The position numbers and the translations under genes were made by a program. A DNA stretch of 64,000 nt from Lytechinus pictus. Its lineage: Eukaryota. This document shows, piece by piece, positions 36,974 through 49,950 of this stretch. Numbering within the stretch: the first letter of the stretch is position 1; every line of letters begins with the position of its first letter. The notes below the pieces were generated by a model. It was not told the origin of the DNA and searched no databases. It was given only the letters and a program-made list of their open reading frames with translations. The DNA is taken from the NCBI RefSeq assembly GCF_037042905.1, contig NC_087251.1, forward strand, positions 7,690,001 through 7,754,000, given 5' to 3'.

Positions 36974-39861
36974 GTAAGTACTTTCCATTTGTTCAAACAT
37001 CTTTGATTATCACTATCAGTTAATACATGTACAGAGATGTACATGTAAGTTATCACAAAATTTGAAAAATCTGTTTTTAACACTAATTTACATTTAATGT
37101 TTTTCAATTATGCAGGAAAATTTATTAAAGGCTAATGAACTAGACTTGCAAATATGCATTGATTGGTTTGATTTTGAAAGTGAAATAAATTGAATAGATG
37201 GTCATTTTATTTCCCATTTATGTACATGTACATACACAAGTTAATAAGATGTTCATGATCATGTAGATTTTGAAGATCTGCATATTCTCTAGTACATACA
37301 TGCCATTTGATCTGAGAACATGCTGAGTTTTGATACTAAACATCACCTTCCCTGTTGGTAGTATTTTTTTTTTGTAATTCCAAAATATTATTTCTTTTTC
37401 TGTACAAGCACTAAAATTGAATACTATATTACTGGCTTTATACAAAGTAAAATTCTTAAAATGTAATCGAAATTTGATTTCAAATAAGGATGACATTTAT
37501 ATACATCATGTACTGTAGAAATTCAAGTGGTGAGTGATATTCCTTGCAGTCTCATTATATGTAGCATACACTTGTATGCATTCTACTTGTAAAATTCAAA
37601 GTGAAACTTTAAAAGGTAACTTTTTTATTTATGCCTCTGATTTTAATGACATTTAGTTTTGCAGTATGCTTGTTTGAAAATGAAGTTGGACAGGACTTTA
37701 TTTGCAAAATGTGTACCGGTAATGTTGCTTGTTTTTAGCAATTGCTTACTGGAGGCCTATGTACATGTAGAATGAAATCAGGAGTCTTTATGTACAGTGT
37801 ATAATAATGTTATACCTGTACAAGTTTAAATTAATACAATACATACAAGGTATTGTAAATTATGTATCTATTCTTCAGTTTAAGACAGATGATTTGATGT
37901 TACACATACTAGTATGTAGGCTTTGGAGTAAAACTCGCAGTTGATGCATTTGATCAGTTTTCCAACAATCAGCAAATGAATACTACATTTTACACAAATT
38001 GAATGGTCGCCAGATGTTGATTACTAATTTGCGACATTTTATTAAAATTACTTAAAACCTATTATCTTTGATATTTGAAAACAAAGTGCAAGATAACAGA
38101 TGAAATTTGTGTTACATACCCAAACATTTTATTACTTCAAGACACAACAATGACCAGCGCCGGCGATTGTGCATCATTCAGCTTAGTTGATGTGCATTAT
38201 GTACGTACATTTAGGCGCTACATACATTGTATATTGGAATACTTGACTGAGTCAGTTTGCTCATAATGTGTGACCAATGTACATGTACATGTGTATGTAT
38301 CTGACTGGTGTTGCCACATTGACTTGTACAGGAGTAATACATGATTCATGTTTCATATTTCATTTCCTGTCAAAATCGATAAAACAGAAAAAGATCAGAA
38401 TTTTATATGAAATTAAACCATCATCTCAACTCTCAGAAAAATGATGAATACAGTACATGTAAGTCATGATCATTTGAAGCATTGATAGAACTTTACACTT
38501 CAATGATAACAGAAAGGTATGTTTTGCATTATTCCACTTTAATAATGAATTATTATCGTTCATGCATGACTGATCACAGTTTGCAACTGTTGTAGGTGAA
38601 AAATAAAGGCTATTCTTTTCTCTTTCATATGATGTATAATTCATTAGATTTTATGAAAGCCAAGTTTAGTTTTTGGCTTCCAACATAGTTCATCTACTCA
38701 TTTTATAGTGACTTGTACTTTGTACAAATAATTTCTGTACTAATGTAAATAAAAACATAATCAAGTGTAGGCTATGAACCTTTGGTGTAATCTCGTCATT
38801 GATAAATGCAAAGGGAAAATCTTCATCTTTGAAATTTGTTTCAGTACTTACATGTACGTACCATGGAGGTATTGTACATGTATGACTAGTTGATGTGTAC
38901 TCCAGAGTCCAAACAATTGTCATTTCTATATCAAGCGTGTTTGGACAATAGACTCCAGTTTTATCAGTATAAAAAAAAACAGAATGCAAAAGAATGTCAA
39001 TAAATGATGAATTCCATCAGGTATGAGGGTTTTTTTTTCCTGTCTAAAATATTTCTCTGAAATATGAAATGCTGAAAGGTTGATTAACGTACATGTACCG
39101 GTAATTGCATAATTTAAAGTCATATGTGTACATGTTTCTGCTGTCATGGGGAGTACAATGTAGATTAGTGTTTGCTTACCCCAGACTTTGTGAAAACTTA
39201 CATATGTAAGCATTAAAAAAATGGTAAAAAAGCAAACTGTCAGGCCAGGTGAAAAGTAAGATAATGGATGCTGGCCATAAATCCTGTACTCTGTGATTTA
39301 TATCCGAATAGCGTAAAATTTACCATGAAAACAGACAATAATGCACCTTTAACCAAGGAGGTATCACTAAATCTTGTACATGTACATGTACCTCCTTTAT
39401 TTAACTGTACATACATGTACAGGTATGGTGTTCATCAATTACGTGCACATGACACGTATACTTGTACATTAACATGTACATGTATGAAAATTTTGAATGA
39501 CCTGTAGCTTGCAATGTACATGTATGTTATTGTTGCACCTTGCAATGATAGCCTTTGATAAACACGAAAATTTTAACAATTTTTTTTACCCAGTACATGT
39601 ACTTAGTACAGTGTATATGTTTCTATTTGAAAAAGTTCGGCAATTGTTTACATTTAATCATACAGATTTACATACATGTACATGTACTTGTACTTGGTTC
39701 AATCCAAGAACACCTATGAACATACACTGTACAATTCATTGTAGGTATGGTTTGCCTTTTTGTTGTTGTCTCACCTGAACAAAGTTTGGCAGAGACCTAG
39801 AATGCTAGTGACTTTTCCTGTTGGTTTGTTAGTCCGTTGGTGTGTTAGAAAAATGTTGAAG

Positions 39862-41784
39862 TTTTTGTCTCACCTGCATATCAGAGTGAGAATATACATG
39901 TACATGTAGGCGCCGCTTTTCCGATGGCGATGGTGGCATCAACATCAAAATCTTAACCTAAGGTTAAGTTTTTTAAATGTCATCATAACTTAAAAAATAT
40001 ATGGACCTAGTTCATGAAACTAGGATATAATACCGGTAATCAAGTACATGTATCACTAAACATCCTGTGCGAGTTTCAGGTTGCATGATCAAGGTAAAAG
40101 GTCGCTTAAGTTCAATGAACTTTGGCCAAGTTTGGTATCACTGAACATCCTATGCGAATTTCAGGTCACATGATTAAGGTCAAGGTCATGTAAGGTCAAT
40201 GAACTTTGGCCAAGTTGGGGGAAATTGTTGAATTACCATCATAACTTTGAAAGTTTATTGGTCTAGTTCATAAAACGTGGACATAAGAGTAATCAAGTAT
40301 CACTGAACATCCTGTGCGAATTTCAGGTCACATGACCAAGGTCAAAGGTCAATGAACTATAACTTTGGAAGTTTACAGATCTGATTCATGAAACTTAGAC
40401 ATAAGAGTATTCAAGTATCACTGAACATCCTGTGCGAGTTTCAGGTCACATGATCAAGGTCAAAGGTCATTTAAGGTCAATGAACTTTGGCCAAGTTGGG
40501 GTATTTGTTGAATTACCATCATAACTTCGAAAGTTTATGGATCTGATTCATAAAACTTGGATATAAGAGTAATAAAGTATCACTGAACATCCTATGTGAA
40601 TTTCAGGTCACATGACCAAGGTCAAAGCTCAATGAACTTTGGCCATGTTGGGGGTACGTATCTGTTGAATTACCATCATAACTTTGGAAGTTTATAGATC
40701 TATCTGATTCATGAAACTAAAGGCCACCGCACACCTTAAGACCCGACTGGTCGGCGACTGGCTTGCGACTGAGTAAGGGGAGATGAATCGCAAGGTAGTC
40801 ATAAGCCTCGACACCGCACACCTTGCGATCCGATCTGCGACTCACGCATGCGCTTTTTGCTTTTTGGCATTGCAACTGAGGAAGTGCGCTTACTACTGCG
40901 TAAGCGCGTTGTTTATCATATACGCGTCGTGCAACTCTACTGTCTGATTGGCTGGAAGTTGGATTGAGCTTGCGATCCAGTCATAAGGATTCGACATGTC
41001 AAATCCTTCCGATTTTCCTTGCGACTTGTCTCTGACCGGTCTGCGACGCACAAGCTGACAAGAGCCGTGACGTCACATCTCCCCTCACTCAGTCGCAAGC
41101 CAGTCGCCGACCAGTCGGGTCGTAAGGTGTGCGGTGGCCTTTAGACATAAGAGTATTCAAGTATCACTGAACATCCTGTGCAAGTTTCAGGTCACATGAT
41201 CAAGGTCAAAGGTCATTTAAGGTCAATGAACTTTGACCATGTTGGGGGGAATTGTATGGGTCTAGTTCATAAAACTTGGACATATGTAAGAGTAATATCA
41301 AATATCACTGAACATCCTGTGCGAGTTTCAGTTCACATGACCAAGGTCAAAGGTCAATGAACTTTGGCCATGTTGGGGGGAATTGTTGAATATCCATCAT
41401 AACTCAGAAAGTGTATGGATCTAGTTCATAAAACTTGGACATACGAGTAATAAAGTATCACTGAACATCTCATGTGAGTTTCAGGTCATTTAAGGTCAAT
41501 GAACTTTGGCCATTTTCGAGGTAATTATTAGATTGCTGTCATAACTTCCAAAGTTTATAGATATAGTTTATAAAATGTGGATATAGGGGTAATCAACTAT
41601 CACTGACAAAGTCACATGATCAAGGTCAAATGTCAATCATTGTCAATGAACATAGTATTGTATTGACCATGATATGAATGGTGTTTTTTGTGAATAATTA
41701 TTTTATAGTAGTTTTCAAAGTCAGCACTCCAGCTATATTGAATCGCACAGTGCAGTTGAGACTGCCAGAGGCGCTCCACTTGTT
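39862..41784 (+). mobile_element. Helentron/HINE-like element, copy 2 (about 9 internal repeats, nested MITE)
   Basis: Same ends and repeat unit as 17315-18300. Confidence 0.85.
40721..41140. mobile_element. PIF/Harbinger-like MITE nested in a HINE repeat
   Basis: aggccaccgcacacctta ... taaggtgtgcggtggcct; flanks TAA/TTA split the host atgaaac-tta-gacataag. Confidence 0.88.
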
Positions 41785-42167
41785 TCTTTCGGGCAAGCAA
41801 GTTTTGTCATCACTTGCCGGATTTGTAGAGGCCTGTGAAAGTACATGTATTTTCACCAAAATATTCTGAAATCAAATAAACCTTGGTCAAAACCAATCAA
41901 GGACTGTTACACAATGTATGTGTACTGTTTAGTCTCAAAAGTGCTACAGTACAGTGCACCTACATATATAGTTTTTTTTTTTTTTTTTTTTTTTGCCTGT
42001 GGCTGCTTGCATCTTTCCCAGTTTATAACAATACACAATTAATGAATTTACCTGTCTGTTTCCCCTGGACTATGAAATGAACTCTAGTTATTGCCATCTA
42101 CATGTATCATCCATTTTTGTCTAAAATGCATATGTTTGTAAAACATTACTTTTTTTTCTTTCCTCAG

Positions 42168-42235
42168 ATCACATACCATATACAGAGGATAGAATTCGTT
42201 CTTTTGATGAAAAGAGGCAGTTTTCTCCACCAGAG
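42168..42235 (+). CDS. CCDC85: CCDC85 coding exon 2 (DHIPYTEDRIRSFDEKRQFSPPE)
   Basis: Long pyrimidine tract + CAG, donor GAG|GTAACG; 68 nt restores phase 1 to 0. Confidence 0.75.
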
Positions 42236-42837
42236 GTAACGAATTCTATGTCTATTCATAATTCTCCATCCATTTTTATTTGATTTTGTGAACATACATG
42301 TATACATCAAACATTAAAAATGCTCTTGTTTATAAACATACATCATACAGGCCTCTACATGTACATGTGTGTGTAGCTGCATACAGGTAGACCTACTGTA
42401 TCTTTTACCACTAATTTAATGATAAAAAGCTTTAAATGGTAATTTCCACTTATTTTACTACAGGGGGGGGGGTGTTCTATTAAAAATAACAAGAGATTCA
42501 AATCCTATTACATTGTATTTGGGACAGAGCATGTTATTGACATCATCCCCAGTATCAATTCATTAAAAATACCTATCCCAGCATCCATTAGCGTGATTGA
42601 AAACAATATGACTTGTTTACGATAAAGTCATTGGATATTATGGCCAGTGAATACTTCTTTAACCATTCATCAATGCATTTTGCCCTCTATTTAACCTTCA
42701 TACTCAACCCTGTGTATGATACCCCAAGTGACTTCTTTTCTTTCCTGTAAACTGTTCATTTCATGCAGTCATTTAGTTCTGCTTCATTTGCTCTTACATT
42801 CATTTGATCTTCCTCCGTGTTTATTTCTCTCTTCTAG

Positions 42838-42915
42838 ACAAGGAGGAATGGGTCAGAGGACAAGGTAGACGGGCCTACACCCAATCATGTCACAAGCGCT
42901 TCCAATCCAATCCAT
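42838..42915 (+). CDS. CCDC85: CCDC85 probable coding exon 3 (TRRNGSEDKVDGPTPNHVTSASNPIH)
   Basis: Strong pyrimidine tract + TAG; open phase 0-0; donor CAT|GTAAAT, with an alternative in-frame AAG|GTAGAC at 42865. Confidence 0.6.
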
Positions 42916-43269
42916 GTAAATTCATTTCTACTATATTGGGTCTTTGGATTTCAAATTCTTGCACAGTAGCATTCTAAATAATGTCTTCAGCTTTTTCATC
43001 ATTGCCTTTTGTATGAAAGGAAGTTTTTCTTTTCTTTTCAGTTGGGTTTAAAAACAAAGAGAGCAGAATACTTACATTGAATCAAGAAGCTATCCAGTGA
43101 AGTTGGCCAAAGTAAAACTATACAGATGTAGCCTCTAACAAAAAGAAGTTGTCACAGTTTGTCATATTATCAAGGAAGGATACTAAATAATGAAAGATCC
43201 ACTGCAAAGTGTTACTTTTCAGATGCTGTTACTTTCAATCTATGACTCGAAAAAGCTGAATGTTCATGT

Positions 43270-43437
43270 GGGTGATTCATAAGCTGTTTGTAAGTTAAGA
43301 GCGACTTTAAGAATGACTGGTAAATCTTGTGGTAAATATAAACGTATACAACAAAATTTTAATTTTCAATGATTTAGCGTGTAAAAAGGTTCACCAGTCA
43401 CTCTTAACTTACAAACAGCTTTATGAACCCCCACCCC
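43270..43437. mobile_element. Short hairpin MITE, same family as 63669-63840
   Basis: ttcataagctgtttgtaagttaagag is inverted as ctcttaacttacaaacagctttatgaa. Confidence 0.75.
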
Positions 43438-43622
43438 CGGAGTAATATGTAGTCCCATCCATGCATTTATGTGTCCAGTGGATATGACTATTGAATTGAG
43501 ACAATTTCTGTTCATTTTGGTGATTCCAAAAACTTTCCCCATGCATTAATTCTTGAAGTGTATCAATTTATGAATAATCAATATTTTTTCAAATCATTTC
43601 AGGCAGTGCTTTCCATTATTAA

Positions 43623-44198
43623 AGGGATGGTCCAGGCTGAAAATATTTATATCTAAAAAAATAGAGTAAAATTCACAGAGCAAAATGCTGAAAATTTCAT
43701 CGAAATCGGATAACAAATAAAAAAGTTATGGAATTCTAAGTTTCATCAATATTTTGTGAAAACAGTTATACACACATCGTCATGAATATTCTTTAGATGG
43801 GCTGATGATGTCACATCCCCACTTTCCTTTTTCTTATATTATTACATGAATTCATAAATGTTTCATGTTTTCACACGTGTAAATGATGTGTCTCCATTAT
43901 AATGAAATAAGTTAATAAATCAGTTGTCAATCTAATTGTTTTAGTACTTGGTAGAAAAATGTTGAATAAACCTTATATCATATAATAAAATACAAAAGAA
44001 CAATTGGGGATATGACATCATCAGCCCAACTAATAAATATTCATAAAGACATGCCTGTTTCACCGGAATAATGCAATTCTTTAAATTTCAATAACTTTGT
44101 TATTTGTTATCTGATTTGGATCAAATTTTCAGCATTTTGCTCTGTGAATTTTTACTCTATTTATTGAGATATAGATATTTCCAGCCTAGACCATTCTT
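43623..44198. mobile_element. Kolobok-like TTAA element, family A copy 2
   Basis: TTAA flanks; colinear with 23747-24345. Confidence 0.85.
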
Positions 44199-44586
44199 TT
44201 AAATCTTATTACTAGAAACAAAAAGTTTTTCAAAAGTTTGATTAATTAATACTCAGTAGATGCATTTAGCCTGTTTGGAAAGTTAAATATTTCTTTATTA
44301 TATATGCATATTAATTTATCTTTGTATTCCCAAAAAGTATTTGTTTTTACTTTTAAAGTAAAATCCATTCCTGTATTTAATAGCTATTATATTTTCATTA
44401 AGTATTGAAATAGATTTTTAATAAGCTTCTTCATCACATTGTATAGAATTATTCTGTATTAATGACAGAAAAAGAAAAACCGGAAATATCAGACTACTAT
44501 TAGGGAACATTAATTTAGCAAGGACCATGTACATGTATCTGTAATTTAGCTAAAGCACATTTCATCTTTTTTTGTGACATTTGCAG

Positions 44587-44676
44587 TCATCCTACTCATC
44601 CAGGAATTATGGTTCGAGCATAGAGAATGGTAACATGGCTCCTAACTCACCCAAAGCTATAGTGAATGCACTCAAG
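44587..44676 (+). CDS. CCDC85: CCDC85 coding exon 4 (SSYSSRNY...SPKAIVNALK)
   Basis: ttgcag acceptor, AAG|GTATGA donor, 90 nt. PKAIVNALK resembles the CCDC85 PEAVVHAMK motif as recalled. Confidence 0.8.
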
Positions 44677-45175
44677 GTATGATACGTTCAGTCCTCTTGA
44701 CATACAATCTGTCATCTGAGCTTCAGATGTGAAATAAAAGCTTGTCTTTGTTTGTCATTGTGATGTAGAGCTCCATGTAATGTGTCTGTCATGCCATAGG
44801 TTTGGTGCTTTGTTCTTGTGTTTTGTCTCATGATACTTTCCATTTCATACAATACAGCTGTAGTTGTCATTTGTTTGTATTCTGGCATGGAAGTTCAGTG
44901 CCGATATTTTTCAAATGCGTTATTCATTTTTAGTTGGGATTGAAAGGCAGGGATCAAAATTTTATATTTTTTGCATGAAATTTAGAATACATGCAAACTG
45001 ATTTTAGTGCAGCTGAAAACTACATGTACATGTATGTTACTGGTTGTTTGTACATGGTTTTGGCCAGGGTTTTGTTTGAATATCTACATGAAGGTTATTT
45101 GGGAGCAGAAACCAATCAGCACAATGTACATATGTATTTATAAGGTATTAATATTCCGCATTGAGGTTGCATAAA

Positions 45176-45992
45176 TAGGGATAGTGATTTTCCGTTTCAA
45201 AAAATTGCCTTTTCCGTTTCAGAAAATCTCAAATTCCGTTTCAGCATGTCAGAAAACGGAAATTCCGTTTCCCCATAGACTTTGTACACACGGAAAAGTG
45301 ACAATTCCGTTAACACATTGAATAGCAAAATCACAACACGCACACTCGCACTGGTCAAAATTTGTATCTGCTACTGTACCAACAACACAATAAAATCCGT
45401 TCTAATCGGATCTATGCGGGTGCATAAAATATTTTTACACACCCATTTTGCATGCATACATCCTCACCTTTCATATTATTAGCATTATTTCACGGTGAAA
45501 TGATATTTCATCGATAATTTTGGGGATTTTTAGACATCGTTATCATCAATCAACGGCTTTTCCCCAATCCGCCATCTTGGATTTTAAGACCACGATATCG
45601 TGCTGTTACATCTTCAAACGTAGAGGGCAGCAACACAAGACCGTGTACATGTAGTTGAACGATATGTGTGCATGTGAAGCCCAACCCGGCCGGCCGGGTA
45701 CGGGTAAGGTGCGGGGTACAAACGAGTGTGCTGATGTCGAGTGCAGTCACGATGTGTGAATTGTCATGATAGTAGCAAAGTGAGATCGTGTTTTCTGGGG
45801 TTTTTCACTTTTTTGGCCATTTAATATTCTCATTTTGCTGTGATTTTGGAGTAATTTCTGTTGCTATTCTGTGTATTTTGAGGGAAAATACGTTTTCCGT
45901 GATTTTCCGTTTGAAATGCCACTTTCCGTTTCAAAAGGCCCTTTCCGTGAATTCCGTCCGTTTTCCGCGATCGCGGAAAATCACTGTCCCTA
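45176..45992. mobile_element. hAT-like (TAGGG...CCCTA) element with 6-bp TSD
   Basis: tagggatagtgattttccg ... cggaaaatcactgtcccta; TSD CATAAA/CATAAA; subterminal TTCCGT repeats. Confidence 0.8.
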
Positions 45993-47484
45993 CATAAACC
46001 ATCTATGACAGAGAAGGTTTAAGTTCTTCATACAGTGCTCCTTTTCTCTGTGTCATTAGAAAATATGCTATTGTGTAACACTGAAGAACTCTTGATAATC
46101 TTCCATACACATTGTAGTTATATTTCAAGACAGATAAGATCAAGGCAAGTGTGCATATATTTTCATCAGCCTTTGTCGTTAGGGAGTAATCTATTTCTTT
46201 AGAATACTGATCCTATTAGTATGTACATGTAGGTCCATGCTATTAGTAATGACTTGACTCCTTACATGCCTCTAGATACAGGTACAGTGTACTTGCATTT
46301 AATTAAGATGACTCACTCCATGAATTCCTGCAATCAGTGTGATTGTACTGCATTACAAGGAGTTGTAGTCATGATCTATAGTACCTTTGCACTGGACTGT
46401 ACATTTATTGGTTAACACAAGATATCTTAACATAGTTTTCTGAATTGAAATTTGTAAATAATGATTTTCAAAGGGAAAAGAAAATTTATTTTACCTCCTT
46501 TTGTGTTGTCTTTGTCGAATAGATTCATTTATTGAACATCAATCAAATTCATCAAGCAAATAAAAATGTACCTGTAGGCCTACTTTATGTACATGGTGTA
46601 CATGTACTCATTGCCTTCATGTAGTGTGTATTGAAATTCAGCAAAGGAATGTGTTTATTTCTGTATCATGTAGTAGGACACAGCAACATTTATTTTTTCT
46701 AAAACATACTTCATTAAATAAACCCACTTATTAGTAAAGATGGCTCCTGTGACAATTTTAAGTAAATATTTGAGTAGTTTTAGCTGGAATGAATGAAACT
46801 TATTGTTTGATAAAAATATAACATTGTGTCAAAACAACTACTCTGGCCACAATATTTGTACCTGATTCCAGAATAAGGAAATAGTTGACAGCTTGTGTTT
46901 GCATTGTCAGGCCATGGATATACATTACTAGAGACAAACTCCATTCATATACAGTGTACATACATATACATGTAATTCAGTATTTTGTTTTTACATGTGT
47001 ATAGTTTTACAAGATAACTCTCCTGTTGAGTCCTACCGTTATATTTAATGGAATAAGGGCATGGTGTAATCCTGTCTTTGAATTTATTCAGGTACATTAA
47101 AAAAAAAGTTGGTCTCCCATCTCGGAGTCTCATCCCTGAAAGTTTTATCCTCTTTTATTTTTAACCTGCCTGTTATATTTCTTGTACTGTATGTTCCACG
47201 ATTTTTTATCTTGTAAATCTTTTGCAAATATTGTGATTTTTTATGATTCATCTCAATAAAAACTTCAATAATAAAAAAAGAAGGTACAGTGTATGTCATG
47301 TGAGGTATTGAAATGGCTTTCATGTACATTTATCGGTCTCATGCATGCACATGTTCATGTGTAGGCCTACTGTACATGTACATTTAATCTCATTTATACC
47401 AATGACAATTATGAAGCATACATACTCTATCTCTGAGTGATACAGAGGTTACCAAATACCAAGTGCATGTTATATTGTACATGT

Positions 47485-49791
47485 GGGCATTTTCACCACA
47501 GATGGACACAGAGGCAACAAAATCAAGTTGATATTCATGTCAAATGCTTTATGTTTTTTAATAAAACATGACCTGAAGTTTCTGAGACAAAATAATTTTC
47601 CGACTCTGGCAGCCATTTTTTATTTCAAAATGGCTGCCGAAGTATGGATACAAATTAGTGTTGAAAATAGTATATTGATACATATTTTGTTTTGACAGAT
47701 TTTTAAAGAACAGGTTTGATCATGTTGTTTTCGCCTGTGATTTAGCTTGCTATTATAACACTTTTTAAAATCCCACAGAAAGAAACACCAGTAATTCATT
47801 CATCTGATTAAAAAACATTGATGAAGTATGTGATATGGTATGTAATGTCAGTTACCGAAAACATGAACTTTTTTTTCTCATTTCCTGGAAAAGAGGATAT
47901 ATTATATGAAACTTGGTAGATTTCCTCTCTAGGTAACACCCCTCCCTTCGACACCAAAATTAAAGATAACCAATTAACAATGAAGCCATAGGGTACCATT
48001 AAATATATGTAATGTCAGTTACCGAGATGTAATGTCAGTTACCATGATAAAACGTTGGTTACCAATATTGAAATGCAAATATGTGGTCAATTTTATGGTG
48101 AAGAAATATTGTATACTTCTTTCACTTTAAAAGTCACACCAGAAGGAGCTTGCTATTGACTTTTAAAAGGTATAGTTCACAAGGAATACTATATGAAATT
48201 ATGAAGGAAGTTGCATTCCCATCGTACAAAAAAAAATTACAATGAAATTGTTTTGTACATGCAGTTACCAAGTACCTACAGTAATTGTTTGTAATTTTGT
48301 ATCAGACAATTTTTTGTTTGGTTTTCGAGGGGGGGGGGGTAGGGGGTACTTTTCCCAACCTATTGCCTAAATCTGCAATATTTTTTAAGCTTAACATTGT
48401 GATGAAGGGGATTTCCAGGGTCCCTTTTTTAGTTTCTAGGATTCTTTTGAGCATTGCCTCGTTAAAAGTAAATTCCTGGTTTTTATACCTGTTAGTAGTG
48501 TGGATGTGTGATACAATTTTGTTTTTGGTTTACAAGTATAGATGAAAAGTGAAATTTGACAGTTCTGATCAATGTTGCATGGATCTACTAAAACTGTTTT
48601 TTTTTCTAATTTACAAATAGTTCAGTTTCAGTTTAGAAGCTGGAGTTTATTTTTTGTTGACAGCTTAAAAAAGAAATTAGCAAAGAAAATGATTAAAAAA
48701 ATTATGAAGAGAATTGAAATCCAACAGATATGAACAAGCATTGCTTGCACTGACCAGAATAGAAATCAATAAAACTACATGGCTGCATGAGATTCGGGGG
48801 AGGGGTACGTGTAGCATAGGGGAGGAGACCCTTATTCATTTTGCCTTTTTTGAGGGGAGGGGGAGTTTGGAGAAGGATAAGGTTTAAAAAGTCATTATAA
48901 TACTGATGAATATATTATGGGTGTATAGTCAGAAAAATCCATGTGTACAGTCAATGCAATATTAAATTACTATAGGAAAACATGTAGCTGCTATGACCCA
49001 CCCCCCCCCCCCCCCCGAGTAAGTAAAACATACATTTCTTATCTTTTGATAATTAAAAATGTTAAGTATTATGAAACTTTTATGATTTTAAAAAGCCTTA
49101 CATATATTTAAGTACCAAGAAAATTATGCCTTTGAAAATCATATAGCACTGGTAAATGTTAATGTGTATTGTCAGTTACCGACAAGTAATGATAAAAATG
49201 TTCAAATCAAAGAAAGTAATTAAGAAAAAGAAAAGGTTTTTTCATAGAAATGTTCCTAGAAACTCGGGTATACTTCCACATCAAGCTCACTTTCATGTGA
49301 AGCCCTGCACAGAAGATACAATGCAATGATTCCACACATTTGACTTCCATGTGTTATCTCTATGGCAAATTAAGTGTAATGTCAGTTACCGTAATGTCAG
49401 TTACCAGCATGGTTGTGGAAAAATTATCATAGCCCCCAAAATACGAAAACGAATTGTTTGATATTTTGACACATCTTAACCTAGTAACGGAGGTATATTT
49501 ACATATTCAAAATATTACTCTATCTACTCAGGGACATGATATATTTCAATTTTAATGAACACCCTGAAATTGCATGTCCTTTTGCGTAATGTCAGTTACC
49601 GACACATTTTTGCTTGCTGATGCGTAAAAAAATGTGGTTACATAGGAAAGCTTAGTATCAGAGTATACAGCAAGGTTCACTTTATTAACTCTATCAAAAG
49701 CAAACTCCCATCATTTGTTGTTTTAGAGATACACACAATGAAAGGTGTGAAAACATTGTGCCGTGTAATGTCAGTTACCGTGAAAATGCCC
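47485..49791. mobile_element. Sola2-like non-autonomous element with 4-bp TSD
   Basis: gggcattttcac ... gtgaaaatgccc; TSD ATGT/ATGT; eight copies of GTAATGTCAGTTACC (one with a mismatch). Confidence 0.7.
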
Positions 49792-49950
49792 ATGTGTTGA
49801 TAACATGGTACCCTAGGAATTGATAATGTTAATGATGTTACACCTGTCTTGCAAGTCAGTGATAAGATGCTGTGTCACATGTTATAAAAGGAATTGTTTT
49901 GTATATTAAGTTTACAGTGTATGTGCATTGATTTTCCCCACATTCAGCTA

